64,000 nucleotides of DNA. It comes from Candidatus Latescibacterota bacterium. Lineage in GTDB: Bacteria > Latescibacterota > UBA2968. Shown here one piece after another: positions 9,392-19,292 of the stretch. Where the stretch lies: contig OZ241986.1 in the NCBI GenBank assembly GCA_965204375.1, forward strand, positions 2,752,001-2,816,000, given 5' to 3'. A model generated the notes under the pieces. That model had not been told where the DNA came from. It ran no database searches and worked only from the letters and a program-made list of their open reading frames with translations. A program made the translations under genes and the position numbers. The stretch's first letter is position 1. Each line of letters opens with the position of its first letter.

Positions 9392-9448
9392 TCAGACGAT
9401 CGGGGGAGAGGTCCTAACACCCGACCGCTGGATACAGATTGGTGGCAT
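9392..9448 (-). CDS. Candidate 18-aa peptide MPPICIQRSGVRTSPPIV
   Basis: Strong SD GAGGAGG 5 nt before ATG; lies in its own promoter-terminator unit. Confidence 0.5.
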   Translation of the reverse strand: MPPICIQRSGVRTSPPIV

Positions 9449-9674
9449 AGTAACCTCCTCTTGTGAGTATCGCGGCCCGTCATGCCCACTCGCGGTCCGA
9501 TGAACTCTCTATGCCCTGTATGTTTGCGCGAAGGTCTAAAGAACGGTATCCAAGTCGGGTTACCGAATGGTGGTAACGAGTCCGACGCAAAAAAAGACCA
9601 GATGTAAAAACACACGGGCGAGAACCCTTTCGAGCGGAATGCCGCCTGACGATTCATATCGCCTGTCAATGTAG

Positions 9675-9704
9675 AATATAACCCGATAAATTGTGGGATG
9701 TCAA
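9675..9704 (-). promoter_or_regulatory. Sigma70-type promoter
   Basis: TTGACA-18 nt-TATATT on the minus strand. Confidence 0.6.
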
Positions 9705-9814
9705 GAGCCAATTTGAAACTTTTTTATAGGCATCTTTAGATAAATTTATATACTATATATCAGTGTCCAATCCGCGCTAATCATTTTAGCGCCATAGAAC
9801 AGGAGAACGCAGAT

Positions 9815-11410
9815 ATGGGATATGGCAAACGAGAAAATCCGAAATTGTTTAACGACGAGCAAATGCGTCAATATATCGCAGACGGATACGTGGTTTTTAA
9901 ACCAGATGTGCCCGATGACCTGCACGAGACAATTCGCCGAAAACTGCAATTTATGGTCGATGAAGAATTCAATTACGGCAACAATGTGCTACCCCGCGTA
10001 CCCGAGATGGACCGCATCTTGAACAGCCCAGAAGTGCGGGGCGCGCTCATCAGCGTACTCGGCCCGGGATATATTGAACACCCGCATCGATTTTGTCACT
10101 ACATCTCGCCCAACGCAACACAAAGAACACTCGCCCAAAATTGTCATCAAGATTCTTACACCCCCCTGGGACGCCCGCGCCAGCACTACCCGCGCTTTGC
10201 GCGCATCATGTACTATCCGCAGGATTCACCCGTTGAAATCGGTCCCACACACGCGATACCCGGCACGCAGTATCACAGGCGATTGACCGATAAAGACCGC
10301 CAGAACGCCATACCAATAGCCGGTAAAGCCGGCACAGTATCCATCACACATTTTGATATAGGACACGCCGCAGGCATCAATGCCCTTCGCCAACCCCGGC
10401 ACATGATCAAATTCATATACGTGCGCGCGGAAGAACCGACCGAACCCTCGTGGGATTGTCGTGATCATATCTGGCGAAATCCCGAAACATACAAAACACC
10501 GCAGGATCTGCACCTCGTCTGGTCACATATATGGGATTGGCTCTGTGGCAAAAAGAATCGATACGAAAGTTTTCGCACATCAGCCCCCGCAACTTGCAGA
10601 TTGGAAGACCTGCATCACGACAACCTGGACAAACAACTCGCAGCCATGCATTCAATAGCCGCAACAAAAAATACCGATGCAATTTCAGCACTGATTCAAA
10701 AGCTCAATACCGACGATCAGTGGACGCGCCTCACAGCTATATATACCCTCGGCGCAATAGGCCAACCCGCAGTACAGCCTCTGATAGAAGCACTCTTAGA
10801 CGCCGCTATGCATCAAGACGAAGACCCCGTACCCACATCGTGGAACGAAGGCGCCATCTCGATGGAAGATGCCGCCCATGCACTTGTTGCCATCGGCACA
10901 CCTTCACTAAACGCGCTGATTAAATTACTGAACAACTCAAGCGAATGGGCACGCATCAACGCGGCCTTCGCGCTCGGTGAAATGGATTCTCTGGCGACAC
11001 AAGCCGTACCTGCACTCACACGCTGTCTGGACGATGCGTCTCACTGCGTTGTGCGAACAGCCACAGATTCACTGGGCAGCATTCGGCAAAACAGCGAAGA
11101 ATTTGTACCCGTACTCGATCGACTGCTTAAAGTGGGACGCCCCGAATGGCAAATGCCCGACCGACGCGACTGGACGCCCTACGATCAGGTCCGCGTCAAC
11201 GCCGCAATGGTATTTACGCGCCTGGGCAAAGAAGCCGCACCTGCCGAAGCCCTTTTGCTCGACACATTATCCGACCCCAACGGTCACGTCGCTGCATTTG
11301 CCTTAGAGGCACTGCGGCGGATAGGCACGCCTTCGGCAATGGATGGCGTCATGGAATATCTCATGACGCGACGGTGGGATGAAAGCATTGAGAAAGGAAG
11401 AGTGTTTTGA
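9815..11410 (+). CDS. PhyH-like 2OG-Fe(II) dioxygenase fused to HEAT/PBS-lyase repeats
   Basis: YIADGYV, HQD, YYPQD..GPT..IPGT, HFDIGH facial triad; C-terminal TRLTAIYTLG, ARINAAFALGE, VRTATDSLG repeats. Confidence 0.8.
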   Translation: MGYGKRENPKLFNDEQMRQYIADGYVVFKPDVPDDLHETIRRKLQFMVDEEFNYGNNVLPRVPEMDRILNSPEVRGALISVLGPGYIEHPHRFCHYISPNATQRTLAQNCHQDSYTPLGRPRQHYPRFARIMYYPQDSPVEIGPTHAIPGTQYHRRLTDKDRQNAIPIAGKAGTVSITHFDIGHAAGINALRQPRHMIKFIYVRAEEPTEPSWDCRDHIWRNPETYKTPQDLHLVWSHIWDWLCGKKNRYESFRTSAPATCRLEDLHHDNLDKQLAAMHSIAATKNTDAISALIQKLNTDDQWTRLTAIYTLGAIGQPAVQPLIEALLDAAMHQDEDPVPTSWNEGAISMEDAAHALVAIGTPSLNALIKLLNNSSEWARINAAFALGEMDSLATQAVPALTRCLDDASHCVVRTATDSLGSIRQNSEEFVPVLDRLLKVGRPEWQMPDRRDWTPYDQVRVNAAMVFTRLGKEAAPAEALLLDTLSDPNGHVAAFALEALRRIGTPSAMDGVMEYLMTRRWDESIEKGRVF

Positions 11411-12657
11411 ACATACGACACCTGATTTCAACGCAGGGATCGGACCGCGGAACCGGATATAACATGAGCGGAAAACTGATTCGGCGCGATGGCAAATTAT
11501 TCATCGGATGGCTGGATGCACCTTCAGAAAAGGGCACACAGGCGCGGATCATGATAGGCGTATGCGACGAAATATCGGGCGAGATGCACCGGGCATTTCA
11601 AATAGGCGAAGGCATTGACAACCACTGTGGCCCCGCCATGGTACTGGACGGCAACGGACGATTGCACGCCCTCGTCGGAGCGCATCACGGACCATTTTTT
11701 TATCGATGGTCAGACAACCCAGAAGACCCGAATACCTGGAGTGAGCCAGAAGCACTGGGCAAATTGGGCACATATCCCAGTTTCGCAGTGGATCAGCACG
11801 GCACACTTCACCTATCGCATCGCGAGAGCGGGGACAGATGGGCCATGTGGTACCGGAGAAAAAAAGCAACTCAGAACTGGGAACCACCGCACGCAATAGC
11901 CGTCAGCCCGGTCGCGGGATACAATCATTTCATGCAATCTCTGACCACGGGACCAGGCGGAACTCTACATCTGGTATTTCAATTTCACTTTGCAGAATCT
12001 GGACATGCAGCAGATTGCCGGGGACGCGCAGCGGTACATGCGTATTCAGAAGACAGCGGCGACACGTGGTTCAACGAAGGCGCGCGCATTGAAGCCCCAT
12101 TGACAATGGAAACAATGCGAGCCATTTGTTATGACCCGCAGGGCGGAGATGGTCAGCACAGCGTGCGCGTGGGCAATCACGTCGTAGATGAAAACAATCA
12201 ACCGTGGTTCTTCTGCTCATATCCCGGATATCAAAGCGGCGTATTGTGGCATCGCAGCGACGAGGGGTGGGAGCCTGTAGATCTATCCCCGGTCCTCGAT
12301 GGCTTAAATATGGAAGGCGGACGCGCGACATCGCTATCCCGAGACCACAAAGGCAGATTGCACTTTGCATTCGCAACACATCCGCACAAAAAGCGGTGTG
12401 AATGGTTCTGCCCCGAACTGGAATTATTCCATGCAATACTCGACGAAAAAGGCGGGTTGATTTCCTTAGACCAACTTACCGAAACCGACAACGCGGCAGC
12501 GAATTGGTTACCCGCACTGGAACAATGGGACTGGACGCGACCCGGTCAACGGTTTGACAATGGTCACTGGATGATGTACACACGCGGCTTAAATGCCGGT
12601 GGCATTGGCGGCGACAACAAAAGCGCGTTGAAGACAGAAATTTATTTGACCCGATGA
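11407..12657 (+). CDS. BNR-4 repeat / sialidase-like beta-propeller protein
   Basis: DNHCGPAMVLDGNGRLH, GAHH, TYPS, Asp-box YSEDSGDTW; TTG start overlaps upstream stop. Confidence 0.7.
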   Translation: MNIRHLISTQGSDRGTGYNMSGKLIRRDGKLFIGWLDAPSEKGTQARIMIGVCDEISGEMHRAFQIGEGIDNHCGPAMVLDGNGRLHALVGAHHGPFFYRWSDNPEDPNTWSEPEALGKLGTYPSFAVDQHGTLHLSHRESGDRWAMWYRRKKATQNWEPPHAIAVSPVAGYNHFMQSLTTGPGGTLHLVFQFHFAESGHAADCRGRAAVHAYSEDSGDTWFNEGARIEAPLTMETMRAICYDPQGGDGQHSVRVGNHVVDENNQPWFFCSYPGYQSGVLWHRSDEGWEPVDLSPVLDGLNMEGGRATSLSRDHKGRLHFAFATHPHKKRCEWFCPELELFHAILDEKGGLISLDQLTETDNAAANWLPALEQWDWTRPGQRFDNGHWMMYTRGLNAGGIGGDNKSALKTEIYLTR

Positions 12658-12700
12658 ATTGATCAAATCCTTTCTGCTGAACCTCCAATAATAAAAAAAG

Positions 12701-12764
12701 TTGACAAGCGAGATCATTTACTTTATTTTCTTGAGTAACTCTAAAAAATAGAGAACTCTAAAAT
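12701..12764 (+). promoter_or_regulatory. Promoter and probable wHTH operator
   Basis: TTGACA-17-TATTTT, then CTCTA-aaaaa-TAGAG inverted repeat and AACTCTAAAA direct repeat. Confidence 0.5.
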
Positions 12765-12783
12765 CCATCAAAGGAGGAACCAA

Positions 12784-13353
12784 ATGCAATCCACGCAAAA
12801 ATTTGAAGAGGACGTAGCCTTTGTCCGCGAGGCTGTTGAAAAGCGCGATAGGAGACAATACAACTCCATTGCCATAGTCGTGCTCTGGGCCATCATCCTC
12901 ACCGCCGGTTATATAGTCAACGATTTTCGTCCCCAAGTGAGCCACCTCTATTGGCCCATCGCGACCTCTGTCGGATTTCTGATCAGCATCTGGATCGGCG
13001 TGCGGGCAAAGCGGGTGGAAGGCGTCGCAAAACGCAGCGAAGGGGCTAAGCACACCCTGCATTGGGGCAGTTTGTTTTTTACGATTGCCGCTATTGTGTT
13101 CATCGCACTGCGACACGGCCTGGATGGCTGGGTGATGGGCCAGTTCATTACTCTAATCTCTGGTGTCACCTGGTACCTGGGCGGTCTGCATCTGGACCGT
13201 CGCTTTCTTTTGCCCGGCGTTGTATGCATCGTGAGCGCCCCTGCTGTTGACTATCTCGCTCCCTACCCCTGGACCATGGCCGGCCTGGCCATCGCCGCCA
13301 GCCTGATCATCAGTGCCCTATGGATGAAACCTCATGAAAAAAGCACTGTCTAA
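12784..13353 (+). CDS. Multi-pass membrane protein
   Basis: About 6 hydrophobic segments; SD AAGGAGG; overlaps the downstream wHTH gene. Confidence 0.75.
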   Translation: MQSTQKFEEDVAFVREAVEKRDRRQYNSIAIVVLWAIILTAGYIVNDFRPQVSHLYWPIATSVGFLISIWIGVRAKRVEGVAKRSEGAKHTLHWGSLFFTIAAIVFIALRHGLDGWVMGQFITLISGVTWYLGGLHLDRRFLLPGVVCIVSAPAVDYLAPYPWTMAGLAIAASLIISALWMKPHEKSTV

Positions 13354-13660
13354 CACCTCCGATAGTCTTGCCCAACTGGACAAACTGCTGGAACACCGGT
13401 CTCGGCTCGGCGCCTGTGTACTCCTCGCCGACACCGATGCCATGACCTTTACCAGCTTGAAACAATTGCTAAAAGAAACCGACGGCAACATGGGCGCGCA
13501 CATGCGAAAACTGGAAGACATGGGCTACGTCGATGTTGACAAGCGATTCGAAAACCGAAAACCAGTCACCTGGTACAGCCTCACGAAAAAAGGCCGCAGG
13601 TCTTTAACCACACACTTAAAAGCCCTGCAAACCGTAATCCAGAGTGCTGGCATTGACTGA
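13334..13660 (+). CDS. Winged-helix transcriptional regulator (HTH_34 type)
   Basis: LDKLLEHRSRL..FTSLKQLLKETDGNMGAHMRKLEDMGYV..RKPVTWYSLT. Confidence 0.9.
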   Translation: MKKALSNTSDSLAQLDKLLEHRSRLGACVLLADTDAMTFTSLKQLLKETDGNMGAHMRKLEDMGYVDVDKRFENRKPVTWYSLTKKGRRSLTTHLKALQTVIQSAGID

Positions 13661-13763
13661 CAGGTATATACAAAACATGAAACATATCCCCCAGTAGGCG
13701 CATCGTAGTTGGAAAATCTTTTTCTCAACCGCTATAGCTGATACCCAAATAACAAAAAAGAAC

Positions 13764-15998
13764 ATGAAACACATCTCCTCATCCACAACACAATGGGCAA
13801 AGATCCTTCTTCTTCTATCTTTCGCTATGCCCGCTCTTGCACAGAATCACGCCTTTATTCAGGGCCAGGTAATCGACGAAACAGATCGCCCAGTAGCCTA
13901 TGTCAACGTGCAAATCACGGGCACAATTGACGGCGCAATCACCGACCGCGACGGCCGCTTTGCCTTCTCCACGCAGCACATGGGCAAATGCAAATTGCAC
14001 GCATCCTTCATCGGCTATGAGCCCGCTCAGCAGACCCTGCATCTAACGCCCGGCGATACCACAACCGTTCGCCTCATCCTGCGCCTCGCCCTCATCGAAC
14101 TCGACGAAACCATCGTCACGGGAAGCACCTATACCACTGGGGAAGACGAAACTGTAACCCTCTCCCCCCTGGACGTCGTAACAACACCCGGTGCTTCTGC
14201 CGATATATTCCGCGCATTCAAAACCTTCCCCGGCGTTGCAACTGTTGACGACGGCGCCGGCCTCTTTGTTCGCGGAGGCGACGTAAGCGAAACCGTCATA
14301 TTACTCGGACAAGCCACAGTCGTGCATCCCTACAAATACGAATCGCCCACCGGCGGCGTCTTCGGCACCATCTCTCCCTTTATGGTACAGGGCACGGTCT
14401 TCTCCACAGGCGGATTTCCCGCGCGCTATGGCAACGCGCTTTCCGCAGTCCTGTCCATGGAAACTCAGAACATGCCCGTGCAGAAAAGCTATACATTCAA
14501 CCTGGGCCTCGCCGCTGGCTCTCTCGGCCTCGACCTGCCCCTTATGTCCGACAAATTGGGTGTACGCTTCACCGGCAACCTCAGCTTTACCGATCTCTTA
14601 TTTCGCGTCAACCGCCACAGCAGCGCATTCACCACCACGCCGCGCGGACACGATGGCAACCTCAATCTGATCTACCAGTACTCGCCGACCGGCCGCCTCA
14701 AATTCTTCAGCTTCAACGCGAGTGACCGACTGGGCGTGCGCGTCACAGAACCCTCTTTTGACGGCATTTACAAAGGCAGTTCCAACAGCGCGTTGCACAA
14801 CCTCGAGTGGATGGACGTATTTGCCAATTGGATCATGGAGACCAGTGCCTCGCTCAACCACCACACAGCGCGAAAACAATTGGGCAATCTGGACTTCTCG
14901 CCCCGCGACCTGACCCTCAAACTTCGCACCGATATAGAACGCGCCCTCACCTCATCCGCGTTCTTGCGCCTCGGCGGAGAAATCGAACACACGGATAACC
15001 GACTCGTAGGCAGCATTCCTCAAGGCGATATATTCGATCCCCAGGCAGAGATCTTTGAACTCGACACATCCTATGGTGCCCGGCGTGCGGGTGCCTACTT
15101 TGAAATCGACCTTGAACCTGCCCGCCGCATCGCCGTCAATCTCGGCACACGTGCCGACCATCACAACCTGAGCGACCAGTTTGCCATAGACCCACGCATA
15201 TCTGCGCGCTACCAGATCACCAAACACACAGACGCACGTCTCGCCTGGGGCATCTATCACCAATTCCCCGACCCATCCAAATACAATCCCACCAGCGGCA
15301 ATCCCAGGCTAAGACCTCAACGCGCACAACACAGAATCATAGGTCTACACCACGAACGAGACCAGTTCATGATGCGCCTGGAGGCATACCACAAACCCTA
15401 TTACAACCTCGTACTGGACCATCCCGACCTGAACCTCGCAAACAACGGCAAAGGCCATGCCTCTGGCCTGGACCTCTTCCTCAAACACGGCGATTTCCTC
15501 AGCACGCGCTTCAGCGGTTGGATGGCCTACAGCCTGCTGAGATCGCGCCGCTTGCAGGTGCGCCACATCGGATCAGAGATGCACTACGAAGAAGCGCCAT
15601 CGCCTTATGACATCACGCACAACCTGACACTCGTTGCAAAAATGCGGCTCATAGACGACCTCAGCGGCGGCCTGACCGTGAAATATGCCACGGGTCGCCC
15701 CATCACCCCAATCGTGGGCGCAGTTCCCGTAGCAGGCCAGAACTACTACCTGCCCATTGAAGGACCCATCGGCTCAGAACGGCTGCCATCCTTTCGGCAA
15801 GTGGATGGGCAACTGAGCTATTTGCTACCCTTTGGCGCGAATCACCAGATCATCTTCTATTTGGCGATCAACAACCTGCTCAATCGCGCCAATGTACTCG
15901 ACTACGACTACTCTATAGACTACAGCCAACGCCAGCCCCGCACCACCACCTTTCGCCGATCCATTTACTTCGGTGCAACCGTCACCTTAAACCCGTAA
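13764..15998 (+). CDS. TonB-dependent receptor with N-terminal carboxypeptidase-regulatory-like domain
   Basis: Signal peptide; GQVIDE..TDRDGRF; plug LFVRGG, TGGFPARYGNALS; NNLLN; C-terminal beta strand. Confidence 0.9.
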   Translation: MKHISSSTTQWAKILLLLSFAMPALAQNHAFIQGQVIDETDRPVAYVNVQITGTIDGAITDRDGRFAFSTQHMGKCKLHASFIGYEPAQQTLHLTPGDTTTVRLILRLALIELDETIVTGSTYTTGEDETVTLSPLDVVTTPGASADIFRAFKTFPGVATVDDGAGLFVRGGDVSETVILLGQATVVHPYKYESPTGGVFGTISPFMVQGTVFSTGGFPARYGNALSAVLSMETQNMPVQKSYTFNLGLAAGSLGLDLPLMSDKLGVRFTGNLSFTDLLFRVNRHSSAFTTTPRGHDGNLNLIYQYSPTGRLKFFSFNASDRLGVRVTEPSFDGIYKGSSNSALHNLEWMDVFANWIMETSASLNHHTARKQLGNLDFSPRDLTLKLRTDIERALTSSAFLRLGGEIEHTDNRLVGSIPQGDIFDPQAEIFELDTSYGARRAGAYFEIDLEPARRIAVNLGTRADHHNLSDQFAIDPRISARYQITKHTDARLAWGIYHQFPDPSKYNPTSGNPRLRPQRAQHRIIGLHHERDQFMMRLEAYHKPYYNLVLDHPDLNLANNGKGHASGLDLFLKHGDFLSTRFSGWMAYSLLRSRRLQVRHIGSEMHYEEAPSPYDITHNLTLVAKMRLIDDLSGGLTVKYATGRPITPIVGAVPVAGQNYYLPIEGPIGSERLPSFRQVDGQLSYLLPFGANHQIIFYLAINNLLNRANVLDYDYSIDYSQRQPRTTTFRRSIYFGATVTLNP

Positions 15999-16014
15999 AC
16001 ACAGGAGAAAAACC

Positions 16015-16869
16015 ATGCAATACATTCTACTCGCACTCATCGTCTTCCTCATCATCTTCACCAAACTCGGATGTGCGGCTGCGCGGCAATCAGCCTCTGA
16101 GCAAAATTCCGGTCCGCCGACTATCAAATCTGACGAACCCGCACAACCCGCCGCCGATCTCCTCACCAGCGGCAAAAATATCCTTCAACAGGGCATAAAC
16201 GAGAACAATCTCGACGCCATGTACGCCGCCCGCGCGACATTTGAACGCGCTCTGGCTGATAAAAATCTATCGGTATGGAGCCATTACTACATCGCCCTCG
16301 CCGACTACCGCATCGCCAACTATCTCCTGACTCAAGGCAAAAAGAACAAAGACCGGGCCTCTAAGCACCTCAAAGAAGCGGCTGAACATTTGGAAGAAGC
16401 CACGCGCAAAGAAGTCACTGGAGATGATGCCAGAACAACCGCGGCCGAAATCTATGCACTGCTCTCAAGCGTATATGGACGGCAAATCAGCCTGAGTGGA
16501 ATCAAAGGCATGTTCCTTGGCCCCAAATCTGGCAATCTCTTAAAAAAAGCCGAACAACTCGCACCCGACAATCCGCGCGTGGTCCTGAACGCGGCCATCA
16601 GTGCTTTTAACACACCCAAAATGTGGGGTGGGAGCAAAGAGCGAGCGATGGAAGGATTCCAGCGCGCCGCAGAACTCTTTGCACGAGAAAAACCAACCGA
16701 TCCCATCCATCCCGTCTGGGGGCATAGCGAGACCTATGCCTGGCTGGGGATCGCATATATGGACCGCGATGAGGAAGATTCAGCACGAGCGGCTTTTGAA
16801 AAAGCGCTCGAGATTGATCCAGATAATGGCTGGGTCAAATATGAACTGTTGCCGAAAGTGTCAGAATAG
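16015..16869 (+). CDS. Exported TPR protein, possible lipoprotein
   Basis: Hydrophobic N-terminus ending LGC; AEQLAPDNPR, AFEKALEIDPDNGW. Confidence 0.8.
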   Translation: MQYILLALIVFLIIFTKLGCAAARQSASEQNSGPPTIKSDEPAQPAADLLTSGKNILQQGINENNLDAMYAARATFERALADKNLSVWSHYYIALADYRIANYLLTQGKKNKDRASKHLKEAAEHLEEATRKEVTGDDARTTAAEIYALLSSVYGRQISLSGIKGMFLGPKSGNLLKKAEQLAPDNPRVVLNAAISAFNTPKMWGGSKERAMEGFQRAAELFAREKPTDPIHPVWGHSETYAWLGIAYMDRDEEDSARAAFEKALEIDPDNGWVKYELLPKVSE

Positions 16870-16896
16870 TGAGAATCACACATTGTCAAAAAGAAT

Positions 16897-16930
16897 GACC
16901 GCGAGTCGAAATATCTCGCGGTCTTTTTTA
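16897..16930 (+). terminator. Intrinsic terminator
   Basis: GACCGCGAG..CTCGCGGTC followed by TTTTTT. Confidence 0.75.
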
Positions 16931-17024
16931 TTAGAGAAATAGGTTGACAGTATCTTCAATAGCCTATTACATTTGATCTTTCTCAAACAGAAATGCCGAA
17001 AACCCAACTCATAAAGGAACGCAC

Positions 17025-18113
17025 ATGTCCAACGACAACATCATTCGCGTCGCCATCGGCGGTCAGGGACGCAGTGGATACAACATCCACGCCAAACAAT
17101 TGAGCCAGATGCCCGACAAATTCAAAATTGTAGCCGTAGCCGATCAATTGCCCGAGCGCAGGCGCGATGCCCGCGAACAATTTGGAGCCGAAGCTTATGA
17201 AGACTGGCAAGACATGATCGAAGCAGGTGGATATGATCTCTTTGTCAATGCCCTGCACCAGCCCCTGCACCCCGTCGCCAGCATTGCCGCTCTCCAGGCG
17301 GGTCGCCATGTCGTATGCGAAAAACCCACCTGCAAAACCGTGACACAATTCGACGACATCGTTCAGACAGCCAGAGACAACAACCGCGTCTTTGCCCCCT
17401 TCCAAAACAACCGGTTGCAGCCCTACTTCGACAAAATACAGGAAATCATCAACTCGGGCGTCCTGGGTAAAATCGTGTACATCCGCTCCTCCTGGGGCGG
17501 TTTTTCGCGGCGCTGGGACTGGCAAACCCGTCAGGAAAACTGGGGCGGTGGCCTGCTCAACACAGGACCCCATCCCGTTGATCAAGCCCTCTGCCTCTTT
17601 GGCTTCGACCGCACCCCCAGCGTCTTTGCCCGAATGGACTGCAACAACCCCTTTGATGGCGATGCCGACGATCACTGCACCGTCACATTGTACGACCCCG
17701 AAAGACAAGCACCCCAAATCGACATCGTCGTCAGCAACTACCTGCATTATCCACAAAACGACACCTACACCATTAACGGCACTTACGGCGGTCTCACAGG
17801 GGGATCTTCAGCACTCAAATGGCGTTATTTTGATCCCGAAAAAGCCCCCAAACACGACATGTGGACCTGGTCGGTAAACCGACAATACACCCGCGAAGAA
17901 CTCGACTGGACCGAAGAAACGTGGACACTCGAAGAAGAAAAGAAAAACAACACCCCCTCCGTCTCACTCAAAAGCGGTCCCGAACGCTTCTACAACAACA
18001 TCTACGACGTCCTCAAAAACAGCGGCGAACTCCTCATCACCCCCGCACAAGTGCGCATACAAATCGCCGTGATAGAAGAATCCCATCGACAAAACCCACT
18101 CCCCAAAAAATAA
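17025..18113 (+). CDS. Gfo/Idh/MocA oxidoreductase
   Basis: GGQGRSG, HVVCEKP, GGGLLNTGPHPVD. Confidence 0.9.
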   Translation: MSNDNIIRVAIGGQGRSGYNIHAKQLSQMPDKFKIVAVADQLPERRRDAREQFGAEAYEDWQDMIEAGGYDLFVNALHQPLHPVASIAALQAGRHVVCEKPTCKTVTQFDDIVQTARDNNRVFAPFQNNRLQPYFDKIQEIINSGVLGKIVYIRSSWGGFSRRWDWQTRQENWGGGLLNTGPHPVDQALCLFGFDRTPSVFARMDCNNPFDGDADDHCTVTLYDPERQAPQIDIVVSNYLHYPQNDTYTINGTYGGLTGGSSALKWRYFDPEKAPKHDMWTWSVNRQYTREELDWTEETWTLEEEKKNNTPSVSLKSGPERFYNNIYDVLKNSGELLITPAQVRIQIAVIEESHRQNPLPKK

Positions 18114-18134
18114 AGCACAGCAAAGGAAAGCCCC

Positions 18135-18989
18135 ATGAGCATCCCCATCTTAGACACCCATCAACACCTCATCTACCCGGGCAAATACCTCTATTCGTGG
18201 ACCAATGACCTCGCGCCACTCAAAGGCAATGCCTTTCACATCGAAGACTACTTGACCCTCACAAAAGGCAGCGGCATCACGCGCACCATATTCATGGAAG
18301 CCTCGCCCGATGACCCCCATTGGCTGGACGAAACGCAATTTGTTTACGAATTATCCGAACAGCCCAATGCCATAATCGAAGGCGTCATCGCCAACTGCCG
18401 TCCCGAATCTCTCTCTGGATTTGAAGCCTATATCGAATCTGTTCAGCACCCCAAACTCGTCGGCTTCCGCCGCATCCTGCACACCATGCCCGACGACCTC
18501 TCCCAATCGGACCACTTCACGGATAACATCCGCCTCCTCGAAAAATACAACCTCACCTTCGACCTCTGCTTCCGCGCCGACCAGCTACCCATCGCCCGCA
18601 ACCTCGCGCAAAAATGTCCAGAGGTCCAATTCATCCTCGACCACTGCGGCGTACCGGACATTGCAAACAACGCGACAGATCCCTGGCGTGACCACATCGC
18701 GCAAATAGCCGCCCTCCCCAACGTCGCATGCAAAATCTCGGGCGTCCTCGCCTACTGCGCTGAGGGAAATGCCACCACCGAAGCAGTTCGCCCTTATGTT
18801 GAACACTGCATCCACAGCTTTGGCTGGAACCGCGTGGTCTGGGGCAGCGACTGGCCCGTATGCAACACGCGATCCAATATTCAAACCTGGGTCCAGGCCT
18901 CGCGCGAAATCGTTGCCGATGCCGACGAAGCGGATCAGGAAAAACTCTTCCACAAAAACGCGGAACGCATCTATCTAAAAAAATCATAA
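18135..18989 (+). CDS. Amidohydrolase_2 family, sugar lactonase-like
   Basis: LDTHQH, GFRRIL, ILDHCG, CKISG, WGSDWPV. Confidence 0.85.
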   Translation: MSIPILDTHQHLIYPGKYLYSWTNDLAPLKGNAFHIEDYLTLTKGSGITRTIFMEASPDDPHWLDETQFVYELSEQPNAIIEGVIANCRPESLSGFEAYIESVQHPKLVGFRRILHTMPDDLSQSDHFTDNIRLLEKYNLTFDLCFRADQLPIARNLAQKCPEVQFILDHCGVPDIANNATDPWRDHIAQIAALPNVACKISGVLAYCAEGNATTEAVRPYVEHCIHSFGWNRVVWGSDWPVCNTRSNIQTWVQASREIVADADEADQEKLFHKNAERIYLKKS

Positions 18990-18991
18990 GC

Positions 18992-19023
18992 AAACGGCCA
19001 CCTGCAAAACAAGTGGCCGTTTC
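18992..19023. terminator. Bidirectional terminator
   Basis: AAACGGCCAC..GTGGCCGTTT hairpin between convergent genes. Confidence 0.65.
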
Positions 19024-19049
19024 GTCTCAATTTCTGGACCCAATATTGT

Positions 19050-19280
19050 TTAATCCTCCTCTCCCCCGTCTGTGCGGTCTTGCTCAACCTGCTGAGCAGC
19101 GGACATCCCGTCCTTTTTGCCCAGCTTATAAGCCTGTTGTGATGCGAATATCACCGCCCCACTCATGACGCCTCCCGCCATAGCAGGCGATATATTGATA
19201 TCCATAATAGACCGCAGTACGACTATAGCCACCAGACCAGCTGCGACATGACCGATCCCTACCAAGATAGGCTTAAACAT
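19050..19280 (-). CDS. Small 2-TM membrane protein
   Basis: SD GAGGGG; two hydrophobic stretches; follows the SDR gene. Confidence 0.6.
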   Translation of the reverse strand: MFKPILVGIGHVAAGLVAIVVLRSIMDINISPAMAGGVMSGAVIFASQQAYKLGKKDGMSAAQQVEQDRTDGGEED

Positions 19281-19292
19281 AATCCCTCCTAT

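Noticed and set aside
9368-9394. Selenocysteine read-through of the 18-aa peptide UGA
   Set aside because: No recognisable SECIS hairpin; a second SD directly after the UGA is a simpler explanation
9550-9650. c-di-GMP-I riboswitch (GGTAAC..GACGCAAA, CGAAAG)
   Set aside because: Motif pieces lie on opposite strands and the P2 stem cannot form
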